From: the human T2T-CHM13v2.0 reference genome, Homo sapiens
Reading direction: 5' to 3' (one strand)
Assembly (NCBI RefSeq): GCF_009914755.1
Contig: NC_060929.1
Length of the DNA stretch: 64,000 nucleotides
Notes under the pieces: generated by a model
Told to the model about the DNA's origin: nothing
The model's input: the letters and a program-made list of their open reading frames with translations, nothing else
The model's database searches: none
Position numbers and translations under genes: made by a program
Part shown: in pieces, positions 41,249 to 53,377 of the stretch
Layout of the letters: every line of letters starts with the position of its first letter
How positions within the stretch are numbered: position 1 is the first letter of the stretch

Positions 41249-42032
41249 TTAAGCTTCTTTGGTTATGGCTGTGCTATAGTATTTTAGAGAAAATCATTGC
41301 CAGTTTATTCTTTCACTCCTAATGGTTTTTCTAAAAGATGAGGCCATTTTCTTACATCCCCTCAATCAACTAAACATCTCCCCAATTTGACAGTCATTTC
41401 TTATTGTCATCGACTCCCAGCGTGTTCGGATTGATGTGGGTGCCTCAATTAGGAGGCATGTGAGGTTGGCTCTTGTGTTTAATGGTCAGTTTCTTAATCT
41501 AGAATTGTCTCTCCTTTGTCCTCCTCCTCTTCTTTTCATGCCATCATTTGCTGAAATAACTAGATTGGTTGTCAAAGGAACCAGATCCCACATTCAGTGT
41601 TTGTTCACTTGTATTATTTTAGATTGTGTAACTTTTAGTTTCCCTGGCGTTTCCTCTAAACTTAGAAGTTAGATGCAAAGACCTGATTCTGGTTCTGTTT
41701 TTGTGCACGAGTCTTTGCGAGGTGGTGCATCGTAGTTCCCCATGCGAAGGCTGGGCCTGTCTAATCCCACTTCCCTCGGGACCCTGAGGCCGGTTCAGGC
41801 ACCATTATGCTGAGCCTTCTGTGGTTAAGTCCCCTCAGCCTTTTTCTCACGACAGTTTACTATGCGCTGATGATCATTGCTTATGAGAATGTGAAAACAA
41901 TTTTCAATTTTATTATTCTTTCTGCATTTAATAGCTAGATTCATCTATAAAGAGGAATTCTTCATTATGAAATGTTCTTTTATCTTTTAATTAAGCACCA
42001 ATATTTAGGATAATGATTGGTTTTCTATCTAC

Positions 42033-42410
<378 letters not shown>

Positions 42411-42763
42411 TGAACACCATTAGGAATATTACTGGATTTTTGTATATACGGTATATTTTACACAGTTTTGGTAATTTTTCTCTTTAGATACACAAAGAGA
42501 AAAATTATTTATCTTCTCTTTCGGTATCTGTGGCCATTGGGAACCCCTTCATCTGGCTTCTGTGTCCATTTATTTATTTATGTTTAATTTGTTTAAACAG
42601 CTTTATTGAGGTGTGATTTGTATACCACCAAACTCATGCATCTTAAGTGTTTGACGTCTCTGTCCTTTGGCAGAGAGACATCTCTTCCTTCCTTACTTGG
42701 TACAGAGTGAGAGGTGGCTGCATGTATATTTTTTTTGTCTTGATCTTAAATACCTTCTTTCAG

Positions 42764-42959
42764 ATTATCTCAGACCTCGAGTCTTGGAATGATGAGCTTT
42801 CTCAGCAAATGAATGACTTCGACACAGAAGATCTCACGATTGCAGAGCAGCGCCTCCAGCACCATGCAGACAAAGCCTTGACCATGAACAACTTGACTTT
42901 TGACGTCATCCACCAAGGGCAAGATCTTCTGCAGTATGTCAATGAGGTCCAGGCCTCTG
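42764..42959 (+). CDS. TRIO: TRIO coding exon (probably exon 14)
   Basis: tttcAG|ATT and CTG|GTaaga; 196 nt, phase 0-1; [65 protein letters not shown](G). Confidence 0.96.
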
Positions 42960-43681
42960 GTAAGAGGGCTCACTCCATCTGTGTCCGTTGTGATTTCTTC
43001 ATGTCGTCATGGCAATTCGGCTTATTTCAGTGGGATGACTGCAAATTTTGTTAGTTCCTATGATAAAGGTATTATAGATACCTGTTCTTTAAAAGAACGT
43101 TTGCATTTTTATGTAATACAGTCACATTTAACATGGTTAGAGTACTCACCCATGATATTCTCACATACTATTTTAAGTATCATGAACTTTAATTCTACAC
43201 AATGATATGTTGTATCTCTGTAAATGAACTATAAATCCCAGGAAAACATTTTCACATTCTTTATTTTTTTAGTTTATGTTTTACCAGCAGATGTCACTAT
43301 AGGTTCAGAAATGTATTAGAAACTTAGCAACAACCTGCATACTGCATTATTCATTTTACACAAATTAAATGCTTACCAAAGAGGAAACTGCAAGTAATGA
43401 GGATAACAACAAAAAAAACCCTGAAATTCGCTCATTTGTAAAGAATGCCACACTTTCCTAGTTATCAGTGTGGGAGTAGAAATGGATGGGATGTGGATGT
43501 GGATTGATTGCCTATACATCCTTTGACACACTTTGCCCTCCTTGAACTTGCCCTTCAGCATAATGGCTTGGCCCCCAGCTGGGCAGATCATTCACAAAAG
43601 CAGATTTTGTGCCATCCACCCTTTGAGAACAGAAGGTTGAAGTGCTAGCTGAATTCTAGGGTCTCCCTTTAATGTCCACAG

Positions 43682-43848
43682 GTGTGGAGCTGCTGTGTGA
43701 TAGAGATGTAGACATGGCAACTCGGGTCCAGGACCTGCTGGAGTTTCTTCATGAAAAACAGCAGGAATTGGATTTAGCCGCAGAGCAGCATCGGAAACAC
43801 CTGGAGCAGTGCGTGCAGCTGCGCCACCTGCAGGCAGAAGTGAAACAG
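43682..43848 (+). CDS. TRIO: TRIO coding exon (probably exon 15)
   Basis: ccacAG|GT and CAG|GTgagc; 167 nt, phase 1-0; [55 protein letters not shown]. Confidence 0.96.
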
Positions 43849-44699
43849 GTGAGCAAACGACTGGATGCTTGGGGAGGCTGCGCTACAGATGCTTGATACC
43901 TCATCGACTTCCCGGAAATTCTGACCTGTAGCATTGGGAAGGATTGTGCCTGCTCAGAACACAGCTTTCCTGATATGTAAGATAATGCGCACATACACAC
44001 ACCCCCGCCCCCCGATTACAGCCATCCCTAATGTGTGAAAAGGGAGCCAGTGGCCAGGACAGCTGGCTGGCTGTTCACCCAGCACAGGCAGCACTTGAAG
44101 GTAACAGCCCTTGGCTTCTTTCAGTATTGATAGTCTGTCTCTTGCTTGAAACCCTGAGCATATTGCTTCTTATATGACTTTTTCTGCCCAGTACTGTTAG
44201 GATCTGGATTGTTTCTCAGACTCCAGATGCCTGGGGCATTTCTTTTGTTATCAGGATACTGTAATACCACATCCTGATGGCATGACAAAGTGAAAATGGG
44301 ACATGGGGAAGGGATTGCTTTTGGCTCAGTGCCAGTGGGATTCTGTGCATGGATATGACATTTTATTAACTGGCTTGATGGAGGGAGAGAAAAGCTTATG
44401 GTGCCCTGAAAGATGCAGAGAAAGCAAACAGAAAGTAAGTTTGGTTGGAGGGGACTTAAGATGCCTCTGGACCATGAGCAGGAGGTGGTGCAGAAGTAGG
44501 TGGCACTCACATCAGAACAGGTAGACTCTTCAGTCAGAACTGTTGAAAAGAGCACCTTTCAGTCTCCCACATGCCATCTGCAGTGTGGGTATTTTTACAT
44601 ATAAATAAGTGTTGTGACCTGCTAACAAAGCCCTCCTTCTTGCCAAAACACAAAACAGTTTATTTAAGAAATAACGGAATAAATAAATGTATCCCTTAG

Positions 44700-45288
44700 G
44701 ATTCACCTTTGCCTAAAACAGAGACTAAAAAATAGTGGCTTTGAAAAGGTGTTTTCCGCATGTGACAAGTCAGAATGTAGAAGAAGATTGCTGGTCTGCA
44801 TTTAGTGGTCCCATGATGCATTAGGCTGAGATCTTGGTGATGGCTGGCCTTTCCCTTCTGGTTGCCAAGTGGCTGTTGTAGCTCCAGCCATCACCTCCAT
44901 ATCCCAAATTATCAGGAAGGGGAACGCATAATGAGAAAGAGGCAGCCCCTCTATCAGAAAAGAAATATTTTCACAAACTTCCCCAGAGACTCCTGCTTTG
45001 CTTTCATTGGCTAGACTTGTACATTACTGTAGCCAAGCTGTAATAGGAGCTGAGAAGTGGTTTTATTGTTTAAGCCCTCTTCCAAAGTTGGGGTTTTACT
45101 TAGAAAACCCCAGACACAGAGTGGTTTTATTGTTTAAGCCCTCTCTCAAAGTTGGGGTTTTACTTAGTTGGAGTTTTTCTAAGTAAAGCCCCAACTTTGG
45201 GAGAGGGCTTAGACAATAAAAGTACTTCTGTGCTAAGTAAACGAGAGGGCAATAGGTATTATATAGGTTACTTGAGGTCACTGCCACA
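44700..45288. mobile_element. MLT1 (J/K-like) LTR relic containing a local duplication/inversion
   Basis: gtggctgttgtagctccagccatcacctcc...tcattggctagac...ends tgccaca; left boundary approximate. Confidence 0.6.
45056..45221. repeat. Two direct copies plus one inverted copy of a 43-48-bp unit
   Basis: Copies at 45056-45103 and 45120-45167; 45179-45221 is the reverse complement of 45125-45167 at 40/43 positions. Confidence 0.95.
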
Positions 45289-45891
45289 CCTAACTATCCA
45301 GAAGACCTCCCACAATCTGTGGTTTCCACTGTTAGAATTTACTTCCTCTGAGTGTGTGTGCAGTTGAGAAGCTCATGGTTTGAACCTGATCATTGTAGCA
45401 CAATGTTATTCATACCTTGGTTATTATGCCATTCAACACTGCAGTTAAGTTGGAAAAAGAGTTCGTGAAATAAATTAGTTCCCCCTTTTCAAGCATTTGC
45501 CAATTTTTCAGTCCTAAAAATGCTGGAAAGGAATGAAAAATATTTTTCTTGATTATCAGGGAATTCCTGGTGTCAGTAGGTTTTCTAAAATATGGCCCAT
45601 AATCTGTTTTGACTTGTGGACTAATTATCAACAATCCACTGGACCCTCCACCTTTTCATTTCCCATTTGCTACTAAAAATAACAGAACTAATTAAAAAGA
45701 TGCAGCACTTGCAGTCAGGTACCATGGAAGAACATCAGGCTGTTGCCTGGATTTTAGGATGACGAAGGCATCAGTGCCTCGTACCTGCCAGGAGCAACTG
45801 GACTATCTTGCACGCTTGTATCTCACCCCTGGTGGTCCACAGGATTCTCTGGGAAGTCCACTGCTTGGAGTTATCCTGTGTAATGTTTCAG

Positions 45892-46011
45892 GTGCTGGGT
45901 TGGATCCGCAACGGAGAGTCCATGTTAAATGCCGGACTTATCACAGCCAGCTCGTTACAAGAGGCAGAGCAGCTCCAGCGAGAGCACGAGCAGTTCCAGC
46001 ATGCCATTGAG
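45892..46011 (+). CDS. TRIO: TRIO coding exon (probably exon 16)
   Basis: tttcAG|GTG and GAG|GTaagg; 120 nt, phase 0-0; [40 protein letters not shown]. Confidence 0.96.
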
Positions 46012-47739
46012 GTAAGGGCGCTGGGCCTGCCTGTGTGTTGGCTCTTTCATTCCTCAGGACAAACATCCTGAATCCCCCAACATGGCACTGACCATGGGAA
46101 CCACATGGGGCTGGCTTGGTAAAGACGACTCAGAGGACCCAAATTGGCAACGCTTCTAAGTCTGCAGCTGATTACAGGAAAGGGAAACAGTGTGGTGCCA
46201 CGGTGAGGTGAGGATCTGCATCCCAGCCAGGCAGCCTCACTGCAAGGATCCCAAAGGTCTCGGAGGCCAGGGGGTTCCTGTTGTTCTCCTGTTGTAGGAG
46301 CCCTGGCAAGATGCACTTTCTCTCATCTGGAATGGCTCAGAACCGAGGAGCCCACGTTGCAGTCTCAGCTGAGGTTTTCTAATCTTGCTGGTCTCTTAAG
46401 CACATTTCTGCTATGTTACCAACCTCAACCAAGCAGAGAGCTCAGCAAGACCAGGTGTATATCATGAATTCACTATCAGTCAGTAAACGATGCCGACAGC
46501 AAAACTCCTCAGATTCCTGCTTAAAAGCAGCCTTGTTCACCTTGACAAGGGTCACTGCCATGCCAGAACTGTCGCAAAATGACTCAGGCCAATTCCAGGC
46601 CTGATCCAATTAACTGTCAGCATGTGGACTAATTATTTTTATTTTTTGGTATGGGTAGGGCACATGGGTCATGGTTCTGATTGGTAGTGGTGAGGTAATG
46701 TCAAAGGAAAAAGAACATTTGATTACAGAAATGTTATCTCCTGCTCTGCTCACATACATGTTGTCAGCTAGAGAAGAAAGCTACAGAAGTTGCCACTAAT
46801 TTATTCCCTGGATTAATTTATTGTCAACTGTTTGGTGCCATTGGACATGCATTAACACCTCTTCCTGAGGTGCAAACTCTGGGCATCTGTATACTGTGCC
46901 AAGGGATTTCTAGTAATTAAATTGCAGGTAATAAATCACTGTGTCTGGGTAAAGGATTAGAATATATTGTATATAGTGTTTTATGGGATCATTTGTACTT
47001 CTTCAGGCGAAATGAGAGGTTTTGCTATTGTTTAAAAAAAATCTGTCCTTAGAGACCTGTGCTCTCCCTGACCACACCCTCCCTTGGCTCTACGGCCTCA
47101 CTGGAGAGAAGCTTACCTCTCAGCCCATCCTGGCTCTTCTAGTGAAGACAGCTGAGCAAAATCCTACTGCATTTGCCATGCCATTTGCATAGATTTATCA
47201 GATGGCATGGACCTCCAGAGAACACAGTTGTTTCATTCTTAGCTTTTTGATTTTTCTTTCCTTTTTAAAATCAATAGTTCTTGAAAACTTTTCACTGGAG
47301 TCCAGAGTTTAAGTTGCAAGTGAAAATAAAAAGCATTCACTCTGGCCACCTTTTCTCTGCTTGTTCATTTGCTTCCAGCAGCTATTATGAGAAGGATCAA
47401 CAGGAATAATAAACTTGGAACATTTCAACCACTTCTTTGGCTGTTAAGGGTCTTTCCTGCTATTTCTCAGACTAAGAACCCTACAACCGAGACCCATTCT
47501 GGGAGGTCCTGATCAATTTCATCCTTCATTAGCTAATTTAAACATAGATCTAGTTGTTTCTCGGCATAAAACCTTTTTTGCTAAACTGTCTGCTGTGCTT
47601 TTAGAAGCATCCTAGTGAGTATTAACTGAAGGTATTTCCACAAAATCATGAAGAACAGAGTAACTGTAGCCATCCTGGTTCCTTTCTAGTCAGTGGGGAC
47701 ACTGACAAATAAGCCTTCCCTTTTGTTCTCTGTCTCTAG

Positions 47740-47931
47740 AAAACACATCAGAGCGCGCTGCAGGTGCAGCAGAAGGCAGAAGCCATGCTACAGGCCAACC
47801 ACTACGACATGGACATGATCCGGGACTGCGCCGAGAAGGTGGCGTCTCACTGGCAACAGCTCATGCTCAAGATGGAAGATCGCCTCAAGCTCGTCAACGC
47901 CTCTGTCGCTTTCTACAAAACCTCAGAGCAG
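47740..47931 (+). CDS. TRIO: TRIO coding exon (probably exon 17)
   Basis: ctctAG|AAA and CAG|GTcagg; 192 nt, phase 0-0; KTHQSALQVQQKAEAMLQANHYDMDMIRDCAEKVASHWQQLMLKMEDRLKLVNASVAFYKTSEQ. Confidence 0.96.
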
Positions 47932-48405
47932 GTCAGGGGAGAGGTTCCCTTCCTTGAACTCCACTGATACTTTATTTTGAGCTTAATTTATTGGACAGCT
48001 CAATCATTGTTAACATGTTCATCGTTATTGAAACAATCAGTTGCCAGTCAAGCAGGGAAAAGGCATTCTGGAGTTAAAATTATTCCTGTGTACCTTAGAT
48101 GTCAAAGGTAATAAGCTAGAAAGTAGCTGAGAAGACACCTCTCTTCTTGTCATTTAAACATAGGACCTGAAGCACATTAGAGAGAGACAGGATATTTGCT
48201 TTGGTTTTGTTCTCGCTCTGAAAAGTCTGCCTGCTTTTGACCCTGTAGTTGTTCTCCAGCCAGGTGGAGCCCATGGCTCCTTCTTATGGTCTTGATCCTC
48301 CTGACAGCATCTTCATCCCCAGAGCCCGACTGAAAGGGCTTTCCAGGGATACCAGTCGGCAGTGGCAGATGCCAAGTCTGAGCCTCAAACTTTTCCTGCT
48401 CACAG

Positions 48406-48555
48406 GTCTGCAGCGTCCTCGAGAGCCTGGAACAGGAGTACAAGAGAGAAGAAGACTGGTGTGGCGGGGCGGATAAGCTGGGCCCAAACTCTGAGACGGA
48501 CCACGTGACGCCCATGATCAGCAAGCACCTGGAGCAGAAGGAGGCATTCCTGAAG
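48406..48555 (+). CDS. TRIO: TRIO coding exon (probably exon 18)
   Basis: tcacAG|GTC and AAG|GTaggg; 150 nt, phase 0-0; VCSVLESLEQEYKREEDWCGGADKLGPNSETDHVTPMISKHLEQKEAFLK. Confidence 0.96.
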
Positions 48556-49129
48556 GTAGGGGCAGCGCTGCGGGACAGTGCACCCATCAGAGGCTTCCTG
48601 CCTGCCAGGTGCGCGTGGCACAGTCATCGCTTCCCAAGGGAGCCTGCCCCACACCTCTTGCCTGCTGTGGAATGTAACGGGGCAGTGTCGCATCAGTGAG
48701 AAGTCAGCTGAAGAAAGAAAACCTTAAAATCCTTTTCATGTGCGATTGCCTTGTCTTTCTAGTTTTCACAGGGAAATAGCTAAAAATCTGTATGAGTAAG
48801 GATTGGTTGGAAGTCACAATACCAGGTGATGCTGGAGACAGAGTGATTGAGTGATTGATTAATTTGGTGAAAAACAATACCTATAGCTTAAAATAATCTT
48901 CCTTTGGAGACTCAGCCTCCTCGTTCCCTTCATAGGGAATGAAGATTGCATCTCAGAAGAGGTGTAAGCACGGCATGGAGTAGACACAGTGCGAGCGCCA
49001 CACGGCTTGTGGTGGCAGTTGCTGATACCTACTCAGGAAATGCTTCCGACAAGAGAAATGTGTCACATGCAGACCAGGCTGGGAGTTTTCTCTCTGAGAA
49101 GCTTTAATGAGGAATTTTTCAAGACTGCT

Positions 49130-49300
49130 TTTTCTTTTCTTTCTTTCTTTCTTTCTTTTTTTTTTTTTAATTCAGCGAAGGGGTCTCACTCTGTCACCCA
49201 GGCTGGAGTGCAGTAGTGCAGTCACAACTCTCTGAAGACTTGAACTTCCTGGGCTTAAGCGGTCCTCCCGCTTCAGCCTCTCTAGTAGCTGGGACTACAG
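49130..49300 (-). mobile_element. Partial AluJ/FRAM (right arm) with (CTTT)n tail
   Basis: gggtctcactctgtcacccaggctggagtgcag...gtagctgggactacag. Confidence 0.85.
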
Positions 49301-49967
49301 TGCTCTGTCATATTTTTATAAATGTCACATTTAGTCATACATAGTCACAGACGTGCTTTGGAACAGTTAAATTTTTCAAAGTAGTTGAAACATTTAGCAA
49401 CATTTGGTGCTGAATGTTCTGTGTTGCATTCTTGGGCCCTTACAGAATTTCTGAGGCTCTGCTTGTTATCACCACCCAGACCCATTAAAAGTAGGGGTGG
49501 TGGTCACTTTTCCTCCTTACCTTCTCATTGCTTCAGCGTTCTCACCTCTCTGACCACTTTCCTGTTACACTTAACACTTTCTGTGTTTTTTTCTGAAGTC
49601 CGTCATCTGACAGAGTTATTGTTTAGTCTGGGAGGATAAATTGTAACTCTTTGGAAATTATATCTGGTAACTTACTTTGTGCTCCCACCACAGTGATTTT
49701 CTTTTTAAGCAAGCTCCCGGGGTGAAAAAACCATCACAGTTTCCACGGTCATTCGTTATAACTACGTCAACAGCTTTTTAAAGCCCCTGCCCCCAACATG
49801 TCCCTACTGCTTAAGTTTACCAAATGCTGACCGCTGTTAGGATTTCGAGGTGGAATCATTAGAATTTTCCCCTTTGTCCAGGATCTGTTTAGTATGAAAG
49901 AAAAATGAATGCCACTTAGTTCATATAATTAAGATAGCTATTTAGGTAAAATTACAAAACAAAAATA

Positions 49968-50312
49968 CAGGCGGTCCTCAAGTTACGATGGTTTGACTTG
50001 TGATTTTTGGACTTGTTGGTGTCAGTGCGCTGTGCATTGAGTAGAACCTGTACATCAAATGCTATACAACCATTGATTTTCACTTTCAGTGCAGCATTCA
50101 ATAAATTACATGGGATTATAAAATAGGTTTTGTTTTAGATGATTTTGCCCAACTGCAGGCCAGGGTAACTGTAGGCTTAAATTGAGCACTTTTAAGGTAA
50201 CTAGGCTAAGTTAAACTGTGATGTTGAGTAGATTAGGTGCAATAAACTCATTTTTGACTTACGATTTTTTTGACTTACAATGGGTTTATCAGGATAAGTC
50301 AAGGAGCATCTG
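49968..50312 (-). mobile_element. MER47A/Tigger5-family MITE
   Basis: TA|caggcggtcctcaagttacg ... taagtcaaggagcatctg|TA: terminal inverted repeats and TA target duplication. Confidence 0.82.
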
Positions 50313-50675
50313 TAATCACAAGCCTTTTTGGATCCCTTTGTTCAACTAGAATTTTGTGGTGTTTGTGTATAGGATATTTAAGTACCTTTTTATTATGGGA
50401 ATTTGAAGATATGTACAAAAGGAGAGAGAATGGATTCTCCTCCTATTTTACTCCTTACCCAGCTTTTCTGATTATCAATGTATGGGCATATATCTACCTT
50501 CAGTGGATTATTTAAAATTCTAGATATATCATTTTATTTGTGAATTTAAACATTAAATTCTCCCTTTCAGAAATACAAATAAAATACCATTATCATATCT
50601 TTAAAATTATAGTAATTCTTTAATATTATCTGAAATCCAGCATTGTTAAAATTTTTTTGATTGTTCTGTAAATGT

Positions 50676-50973
50676 CTTTTTTTTTTTTTTGAGACAGGGT
50701 CTTGCCTTGTCAACCAAGCTGGAGTGCACTGGTGTGATCATAGTTCACTGCAGCTTTAGACTCCTGGGCTTAAGTGATCATCCCACCTCCGCCCCCCTAG
50801 GAGCTAGGACTACAGGCACTTGCCACCACACCTGGCTAATTTTTGTATTTTTTTGTAGTAATGGAGTCTCCTTATGTTGCCCAGCCTGGTCTCAAACTCC
50901 TGGGCTCAAGTGATCCTCCCACCTTGGCCTCCCAAAATATTGGGATTACAGGTGTGAGCCTCCACACCTGGCC
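50676..50973 (-). mobile_element. AluJ, full length
   Basis: Reverse Alu with ctcctgggctcaagtgatcctccc; TSD TAAATGTCTTTTT on both sides. Confidence 0.92.
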
Positions 50974-51898
50974 TATAAATGTCTTTTTATACATGGTTTT
51001 AATTAAAATTCAAACAGGGTCCACATATTGATTTGGTTGGGTATGTCTTTTGAATCACTTTTAATCTAAACAATACTCCCTCCTTTCATTACTATTTATT
51101 AATTGAAGAAATACGTTCCTCGGATTGAGGCATTTCCCCCATTCCAGATTGGTAATTACATCCTGTGGGGTCATTTAGCACCATCCACAATTTGTAGATT
51201 TTTGTTAGGTTGTGAGCCTTGATCAGAGCTGGTTTGAAAGGCGGAGGGGGGGCGATGGTGGGGGAAGAAAGAGAGGCGGGGGTGTGAGAGAGAGAGAGAG
51301 AGAGAGAGAGTGCAGGCGAGCTTGGAAAACCTTGCCAGTGGTGCTTGTACTTCCTATGGGATTATTCAGGAGACACATAATGTCTAGTTCTCTCTTTTGT
51401 CTCTGTGATTGGTAAGAAGATTGATCAGTGGTTCAAGTACGGTCAGTGCAGTTCATCCCTCTGTACTTCCCATCAGCCTTTCAGCTAATGGTGTTAGTAC
51501 CCAGTGGTAATAACTGTTTTTTAGGAATTGCAAAATGGTAATACTCTAATTCTATCATTTCCTTTGGCCTCGATTAGCTAGAATTATTCCCTCTCAGCTA
51601 TTTGGTTATTCTAAAGTAGAGTTTGTCCAGAAAAGGCAGAGTAAATGCTTGCTTGATCCTTTTTATTTGCCATTTTCAGGATAATGAATTGTTGCTATAG
51701 CAACTTCTACATATGACTTTTTTTTAGTATCATCATGGATTTAAATATATTTGGTGTGTTTCAAAGCAGTCACTGTCATTTATCTTTTAACACGCAGCTC
51801 ATCCTATCCATAGGAGCCCTTTCAAGGCAGGTTGCTTAGCTGTCCTTAGCCATCACCCTCGTAGTCTTCAGCGTCTTCCTTGTTGTTTGGTTTGACAG

Positions 51899-52285
51899 CG
51901 TATTAGTCCATTCTCATGCGCTGTGAAGAAATACCTGAGAATGGGTAATTTATAAAAGAAAGAGGTTTAGTTGACTCACAGTTCCATAGGACAGGGGAGG
52001 CCTCAGAAAACTTACAGTCACTGCAGAAGGGGAAGCAAACACGTCCTTCTTCACATGGCGCGGGAAGTAGAAGAATGAGAGAAGTACAGGGTGAGGCAGG
52101 GAAAAGCCCCTCACAAAACCATCACATCTTGTGAGAGCTCAGTTGCTGCACGAGAACAGCATGGGGGACCACCCCCATGATTCAGTCACCTCCCACGAGG
52201 TTTCTACCCCTGACATGTGGAGATTACAATTCGGATTACAATTCAAGATGACATTTGGGTGGGAACACAGAGCCAGGCCATATCA
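51899..52285. mobile_element. THE1/MST (ERVL-MaLR) solo LTR
   Basis: gtattagtccattctca...gaaatacctgagaatgggtaatttata...ccatatca; 5-bp TSD-like GACAG/GACAA. Confidence 0.88.
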
Positions 52286-52705
52286 GACAACTCGAAATTT
52301 CACACGAATCAGTAGAGACTCATGATGTGTTTTTCTCTTAATTGAAAAAAAGGTAGCCTCGCTCCATCTACTGAAAAAGTCTGGAAACAGTGACCAACCC
52401 CAAAGCCCTGACCATCCCGAATGACTAGACTGTGGGCTCTAAATACCATTTAACACTAGAAGGAGATAGAGCTCCTTGAAGAAAAGATTAATTCCAGACC
52501 CAAGACAGGAAATGCACAAGATGTTTCCAATTCACATATAATTAAAGGGTTTTTTCCTTACCTTCTTTGATTTTATATTTGTATTCTTTTATCTAAAACC
52601 CTTATTTTAAAATATGTGAATGAAACTGGTTTGGTTTATCCTGCTGCATAAACATAAACACATATTGTCAGTTACCATAATAACATCACATAACAAAGTT
52701 TCAAC

Positions 52706-52870
52706 CAGGGTTGGCAAGTTCTGAACTGAGGGCTAAGTTGGGCCACATTGATACAGTTTACCTGTCACCTGTGGCTGCTTTCATCTGTTGTTTGTTTGAG
52801 TAGTTGTGACGGAGAAACAGACTGTATGACCCCCCAAAACTGAAAGTGTTTACTGTCTACCCTACGTAGA
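52706..52870. mobile_element. MER58-like hAT relic
   Basis: cagggttggcaag...tgtggctgctttca...gagtagttgtgac...aaagtgtttactgtct. Confidence 0.55.
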
Positions 52871-53262
52871 AATCCAGGCACAGCCCAGCTGAGTTCTGCA
52901 GCTCAAGGTCACTCCTTAGGCTGTGATCCAGGGTCAGGCCAGGTGTGCAAACCTCTCTAGACTGGACGGAGACAGGGCTTCCCTTCCTCCGTGACCGTAA
53001 GCCAGGGGCTGCCCTCTGTTTCCTGCCCCATGGGCCTCTCTATAGGGCAGAATGTAGCAGCAGGTGTCATCAGAGCGAGGGCTTCAGGAGAGAGAGATTT
53101 TTTTTTAATTGAATTAGATTTTATCCTATGCATTTTCTAAACCAGCAGGTGGCCAGATAAATATTTTAGGTAAAGACATACGTTAGAGTGCAGTGATGTG
53201 TACTCCAAATACACGTTTGTAGAAGTCAAATTAGCAACACATTGCTCTCCATTGTTTTTTAG

Positions 53263-53377
53263 GCTTGCACCCTTGCTCGGAGGAATGCAGACGTCTTCCT
53301 GAAATACCTGCACAGGAACAGCGTGAACATGCCAGGAATGGTGACGCACATCAAAGCTCCTGAACAGCAAGTGAAAA
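53263..53377 (+). CDS. TRIO: TRIO coding exon (probably exon 19; contains T1075/R1078/N1080)
   Basis: ttttAG|GCT and AAA|GTgagt; 115 nt, phase 0-1; ACTLARRNADVFLKYLHRNSVNMPGMVTHIKAPEQQVK(N). Absent from the ORF track; found by reading splice sites. Confidence 0.95.
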
